DNA from: an uncultured Collinsella sp.
Lineage (GTDB): Bacteria > Actinomycetota > Coriobacteriia > Coriobacteriales > Coriobacteriaceae
Direction of reading: 5' to 3'
DNA: 49,132 bases
Assembly (NCBI GenBank): GCA_900548075.1
Contig: URJD01000001.1
Span: 1-49,132, forward strand
In this document: in pieces, positions 44,803 to 49,132 of the stretch
Layout: every line of letters begins with the position of its first letter
Numbering within the stretch: position 1 is the first letter of the stretch
Made by a program: the position numbers and the translations under genes
The notes under the pieces: model-generated
Told to the model about the DNA's origin: nothing
Databases searched by the model: none
The model's input: only the letters and a program-made list of their open reading frames with translations

Positions 44803-45858
44803 ATGCGCGCGTTTGATTTTGAGATGTCGCGCCGGGGGTTTGCCTCGGCGCTCGCCGCGGGCGCTCTGTCGCTTGCGCTCGTGGGCTGTGGCGGCGGGGC
44901 TGCCGGTGCCGGGTCCGCCGCGGGCTCGGCTGCCACGGACGGCGCCGGTGCTGCTGCAGAGCCGGTCGAGGTACACGTCGCCTCGCTCAAGGGGCCGACC
45001 TCGATTGGCCTGGTGCAGTTTATGGACCAGGCTGCCGATGGCGAGACGGACAATGAGTTCGACTTTGCGATCAACACTGCCGCCGACGAGATTGTGCCCA
45101 AGGTCATTCAGGGCGATATCGACATTGCCCTGGTGCCCGCCAACGTGGCGAGCGTGCTCTACAACAAGACCGAGGGCGCGGTGCAGGTCATCGACATCAA
45201 CACGCTGGGCGTGCTGAACGTTGTGACGGGCGACGCGAGTGTGGCCTCGTTTGGCGATCTGGCGGGCCATACCGTCTACATGACGGGCAAGGGCACCACG
45301 CCGGAGTACGTCATGAACTACCTGCTGGAGCGCGCGGGCCTGACCGGCCAGGTGACGCTCGAGTTTAAGAGCGAGCCCACCGAGGTGCTGTCGGCCCTGC
45401 TTGCCGACCCGTCCGCCGTGGGCGTGCTGCCGGAGCCGTTCAAGACCGCTGCCATCGCAAAGAGCGAAGGCAAACTGTCGGCGCCGGTGAGCCTGACCGA
45501 TGTGTGGGACGAGCTGGCAGGTGACACGGGTTCGCGCTTGCTGACGGGCGTGACCGTGGTGCGCCGCGCGTTTGCCGAGGAACATCCCGAGGCCGTGGCG
45601 GAATTCCTGAGCTGCCATGAGGCGAGCGTGAAGGCTGTCAATGCGGCGCCGTCAGACTGGGCGCAGGCCGTGGTCGATGCGGGCATCGTGGATAACGCCA
45701 CGATTGCCGAAAAGGCGATTCCCGGGTGCATGCTCGTGTGCCAGACGGGGAAGGATATGAAGGCGGCACTTAGCGGGTATCTGCAGGTGCTGTCCGACGC
45801 GGACGCGAGTGCCGTGGGTGGCAAGCTCCCGGCTGATGATTTCTACTACATGGAGTAG
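44803..45858 (+). CDS. NitT/TauT-type ABC transporter substrate-binding lipoprotein
   Basis: SRRGF twin-Arg-like leader and lipobox LVGC; LKGPTSIG, GKGTTPEY, VLPEPF. Confidence 0.85.
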   Translation: MRAFDFEMSRRGFASALAAGALSLALVGCGGGAAGAGSAAGSAATDGAGAAAEPVEVHVASLKGPTSIGLVQFMDQAADGETDNEFDFAINTAADEIVPKVIQGDIDIALVPANVASVLYNKTEGAVQVIDINTLGVLNVVTGDASVASFGDLAGHTVYMTGKGTTPEYVMNYLLERAGLTGQVTLEFKSEPTEVLSALLADPSAVGVLPEPFKTAAIAKSEGKLSAPVSLTDVWDELAGDTGSRLLTGVTVVRRAFAEEHPEAVAEFLSCHEASVKAVNAAPSDWAQAVVDAGIVDNATIAEKAIPGCMLVCQTGKDMKAALSGYLQVLSDADASAVGGKLPADDFYYME

Positions 45859-45861
45859 CCC

Positions 45862-47238
45862 GTGCATGCGTTTGCTCGACAAATGACAGAGCGTATGAAG
45901 GCGGTGGCGGCAGCAGGTGCCGTCGCCGCCTTTTGGCTTGCCGTGTGGGTGCTGGTGGCGGCGTTGGTAGCGCAGCCGCTGATCTTGCCGGGGCCGGGTG
46001 CTGTTGCCTTGGCGCTGCTGCGCCTGGTGTGCGATGACGGTACCTGGGTGATTTTGGCGGGCTCGGGCGTGCGAATATTGGGCGGACTGGTGTTTGCCGC
46101 GGTGTGTGGCGGCGTGCTTGCCGGGATTTCGTCACGGTCGCGGGCGTTTGCGCGCCTGGTGGCTCCGGCGCTGTCGTTTGTAAAGGCGACACCGGTTGCC
46201 TGCGTGGTGGTCCTGCTGCTCATTTGGTTGGGGTCGGCGCGCGTGAGCATCGCCGCGGTCTTTTTGATGGCACTTCCAGGCGTGTATTTTTCGCTGGTCG
46301 AGGGCTTGGCGCAAGTGGATAAGCCGCTGAAGCAGATGTTCCGCCTGCATGGCGTGCGGGGCTGGCGACTGTTTTGCGCCCACACCTGGCGCGAAGTCCT
46401 GCCGTTTGTGCTTTCGTGCGCCCGCGCCGTGATTGGCATGAGCTGGAAGGCCGGTGTGGCGGCGGAGCTGATCGGCATGGCGACGGGCACCGTGGGCGAA
46501 CGCATCTATCAGGCGAAGCTGCTCATCGAGACGGCTGACCTACTGGCTTGGACCGTGCTAGTCGTGGCGGCATCGTGGGCATGCGAGCGTGTGCTGGTGT
46601 GGTTGCTGCGGGCTTCGGGACCCGCGGCGTGGCGTGCGGCCGTGCGGGCGCATGGGCATGGGCTGCGCGGGCGTGCGAGGGCTGCGGGCGATGGCGCTGC
46701 GGCGGAGCTTGCGCTTGCCGTGGGCGATCGTGCGCCCTGGGCGCCGGCGCTGGATGGTCTGGTGCTCAACGTGCCCGCGGGTGGGCGTATCTGTGTGATG
46801 GGCGCTTCGGGCATGGGCAAGTCGACGCTGCTTTCGTTGGCAGCGGGGGAGTGCGCGCCGTGCTCGATGGTGTTTCAGGATGCACGCTTGGTCGAGTCCG
46901 CCGCGGCGCTGGATAACGTGCTAGTGTGCGCCGATGCACGCGTGGACGCCTCGAGTGCTGCGGCCCTGTTGCGCCTGCTGGTGCCGGGGGTCGATGTACA
47001 TGCTCGCGTGGCCGAGCTTTCGGGCGGGCAGCGCCGTCGCGTCGAGATCGCTCGAGCCCTGCTGTGCCCGGGCGGCGCGGTGATTCTTGACGAGCCCTTT
47101 ACCGGTTTAGATACCGCTGCGCGCGACGCATGCGCCGAGGTCGTGCTCGACTTGCTCGACGGCCGTATGCTGCTGCTTGCATCGCACGATGTCGCCGACG
47201 CTCAGGCCCTCGATATCTCGGACATCATCACGCTCTAA
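45862..47238 (+). CDS. Fused ABC permease + ATP-binding protein (NitT/TauT type)
   Basis: Permease LPGP..V, SWKAGVAAELIG; then GASGMGKS, MVFQD, LSGGQRRRV, ILDEPF, ASHD. Confidence 0.85.
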   Translation: MHAFARQMTERMKAVAAAGAVAAFWLAVWVLVAALVAQPLILPGPGAVALALLRLVCDDGTWVILAGSGVRILGGLVFAAVCGGVLAGISSRSRAFARLVAPALSFVKATPVACVVVLLLIWLGSARVSIAAVFLMALPGVYFSLVEGLAQVDKPLKQMFRLHGVRGWRLFCAHTWREVLPFVLSCARAVIGMSWKAGVAAELIGMATGTVGERIYQAKLLIETADLLAWTVLVVAASWACERVLVWLLRASGPAAWRAAVRAHGHGLRGRARAAGDGAAAELALAVGDRAPWAPALDGLVLNVPAGGRICVMGASGMGKSTLLSLAAGECAPCSMVFQDARLVESAAALDNVLVCADARVDASSAAALLRLLVPGVDVHARVAELSGGQRRRVEIARALLCPGGAVILDEPFTGLDTAARDACAEVVLDLLDGRMLLLASHDVADAQALDISDIITL

Positions 47239-47453
47239 ATACTAACTCAGCAACAAAATGATCCGTTTTCCTCCGTCCCCATGGGGTCGGTTGTGGTATT
47301 CTATCTGCGGGGTAATACTTAGGGATACCAAGTAATACCAACGCCGCAGAAACAAACTCCGGATGCGGGCCAATCGGGTTGCCTTCACAGCCCGTCGCCC
47401 AGCCGCGTGGCCCGCATCTATCCGCACCACCGTCGTTTCAAAAAGGAAGCGCC

Positions 47454-47657
47454 ATGGCAGAACACATGACCCCGGTTGTCGCGAAGGTCTTGCCCGAGGA
47501 AAAGGCGGCCTTCGCGGCGGCAACCCAGCTCGTGGGCACCACGCCGTCCAACGCCATCCGCATGTTCATCGCCGCGTTCAATCGCTGCGGCACCTTCCCG
47601 TTCGACATTTCACCCAACGGGGCTTTTGGCGCTGCGCCCGATTCTCATCAACAATGA
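47454..47657 (+). CDS. RelB/DinJ-like antitoxin (orphan)
   Basis: AAGGAAG RBS; EEKAAF...GTTPSNAIRMFIAAFNRCGTFPFDI fits the RelB/DinJ RHH pattern. Confidence 0.7.
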   Translation: MAEHMTPVVAKVLPEEKAAFAAATQLVGTTPSNAIRMFIAAFNRCGTFPFDISPNGAFGAAPDSHQQ

Positions 47658-47691
47658 CTGTCCCCAAGTGCCGGGTTTTGAGGAGGTTGGC

Positions 47692-48603
47692 ATGCTCAAT
47701 GCGCTGGTTTGGGCGCTTGCCTGTTTTGGTGTCGTCGCTGCCGATATTGCCCTGAGCATTGTTTTGTTCTCCGCGCTGGACATCGTGTCGGCACTGACGG
47801 GTTTCCCGATCGACAATCTCGATATTCAATGGTTTCAGGCCGCCGCTCAGACGGCGTCGTTTTTGATGGCGCTGCTGTGGTGGCGCTATCTGTGGCCCCG
47901 CTCCTTCATGGCGCGCCGGCAAGGTGAACGCCCGCTCGGCGGGGGAGCAAATGCTGCATGGAAGCGCATCGCATACGTTGTCGTGATCGGCCTATCCATG
48001 CAGGTGGTCATTAGCTACCTATGCGACGGCGTGCTGTCGCTGCTGCCCGAGGTTGCGGCGGACTATAGCGAGCTCGTCGAGGAAACAGGCTTGGACGATA
48101 CCAACCTTCTTGCCGTCCTGACCACGGTGCTCGGCGCCCCATTTTGTGAAGAGCTGCTGGTGCGCGGCATTATTTTTGAGTTTTCGCTCCGAGCGTTTAA
48201 TCCGCAGTGCCGCCCACTTTGGAAGTGCCGGCGTCGTGTGAGCGCGCAGAGTGGCGCCATGGTGCCCTGGGCGGCCCCAAGCACGTGGGGTATCGCCGCG
48301 GCGATTGTGCTGCAGGCGGCGATCTTCGGTTTTATGCACATGAATTGGGTACAGGGTTGCTACGCGGGTGCCGCCGGCCTCATCTTTGGTTGGGTGCTCG
48401 TGACGACCGGAAAGCTCCGCTACACGATCCTGCTGCACTTTGCCTTTAATGCCGGGTCGTATTTCATGACGTTGCTCTGGTTTGTGAACACACCGTTCGA
48501 CGTGATAATCACGGTCGCTATCGCCGGCGTCATCCTCGTTGAGGCAATGCGCTCGCTGCGCCACGCGTGTGGGATGGACGCAGCGACAGCACCGCTGCCC
48601 TAG
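47692..48603 (+). CDS. CPBP (Abi/CAAX) family intramembrane metalloprotease
   Basis: APFCEELLVRG, FGFMHMN, ILLHFAFN; GAGGAGG RBS. Confidence 0.9.
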   Translation: MLNALVWALACFGVVAADIALSIVLFSALDIVSALTGFPIDNLDIQWFQAAAQTASFLMALLWWRYLWPRSFMARRQGERPLGGGANAAWKRIAYVVVIGLSMQVVISYLCDGVLSLLPEVAADYSELVEETGLDDTNLLAVLTTVLGAPFCEELLVRGIIFEFSLRAFNPQCRPLWKCRRRVSAQSGAMVPWAAPSTWGIAAAIVLQAAIFGFMHMNWVQGCYAGAAGLIFGWVLVTTGKLRYTILLHFAFNAGSYFMTLLWFVNTPFDVIITVAIAGVILVEAMRSLRHACGMDAATAPLP

Positions 48604-49132
48604 TTGCGACGCCCGCCTCCGTTGGCGCCCTGACGCCCCTGGGCCGCGCGATTACGCCCGGCAGTGTTCTGTGCACGCGACATGCCGCCGTGCCCCTTGC
48701 TGCCTTTGGGTCCCTTGCCGCCAGCACCGCCGTGGGCCTTGCCGCCCTTCTTGCCGGTGCCATGCCCACCGCCAGCAGACGTCTCGCCCGGGCGCGGCGG
48801 CACGGGGCGGATTAGACAGTGTTTGGTGTAGCCGATCAGGTCACGACGTCCGGCTTTTTCCAGCGCCTCGCGTACCAGCTTGTAGTTCTCGGGTTTGCGA
48901 TACTGGATGAGCGCACGCTGCATGGCCTTTTCGTGCGGGTCGCGCGCCACATAGATCGGCTCCATGGTGCGTGGGTCCACGCCGGTGTAGTACATGCAGG
49001 TCGACATGGTGGACGGTGTGGGGTAGAAGTCCTGCACCTGTTCGGGCATGTAGCCCATGTCGCGTACGGCCTCGGCCAGGTCCACAGCTTCCTTCATCGT
49101 TGAACCGGGGTGGCTCGAGATTAGGTATGGCA
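48600..49132 (-). CDS. YgiQ family radical SAM protein, C-terminal part (runs off the window)
   Basis: PYLISSHPG, PEQVQDFYPTPSTMSTCMYYTG.DP, EKAMQRALIQY. Confidence 0.9.
   Translation of the reverse strand, partial: PYLISSHPGSTMKEAVDLAEAVRDMGYMPEQVQDFYPTPSTMSTCMYYTGVDPRTMEPIYVARDPHEKAMQRALIQYRKPENYKLVREALEKAGRRDLIGYTKHCLIRPVPPRPGETSAGGGHGTGKKGGKAHGGAGGKGPKGSKGHGGMSRAQNTAGRNRAAQGRQGANGGGRRN

Overview
High-GC chromosomal region whose gene content and protein sequences are most consistent with a gut Coriobacteriia (Collinsella-like) genome; this taxonomic call is an inference. The backbone is housekeeping: rpmE, secA-prfB, split transketolase, ftsE-ftsX, rnr, tRNA-Gln/tRNA-Glu, smpB, gltB-gltD, a cop operon and a DEAD-box helicase. 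It also carries an anaerobic module (GltD-like FeS flavoprotein plus group A [FeFe] hydrogenase, followed by an ABC transporter). Accessory material includes a decayed left end (IS256 remnant, GNAT fragment), an orphan serine resolvase, an orphan RelB-like antitoxin and an FHA + Ser/Thr kinase pair. Three patterns stand out. (1) A dispersed palindromic element with an invariant 27-nt spacer, all copies in the same orientation, brackets mntH and the FHA-kinase pair. (2) RF2 has SPT in place of the canonical SPF stop-reading motif, and TGA stops are nearly absent from core genes (4 of 39 CDS ends, all accessory-looking). (3) Several other intergenic hairpin/REP-like families occur, including a 62-bp-period tandem array. 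No CRISPR array, rRNA, reverse transcriptase or intact transposase was seen.
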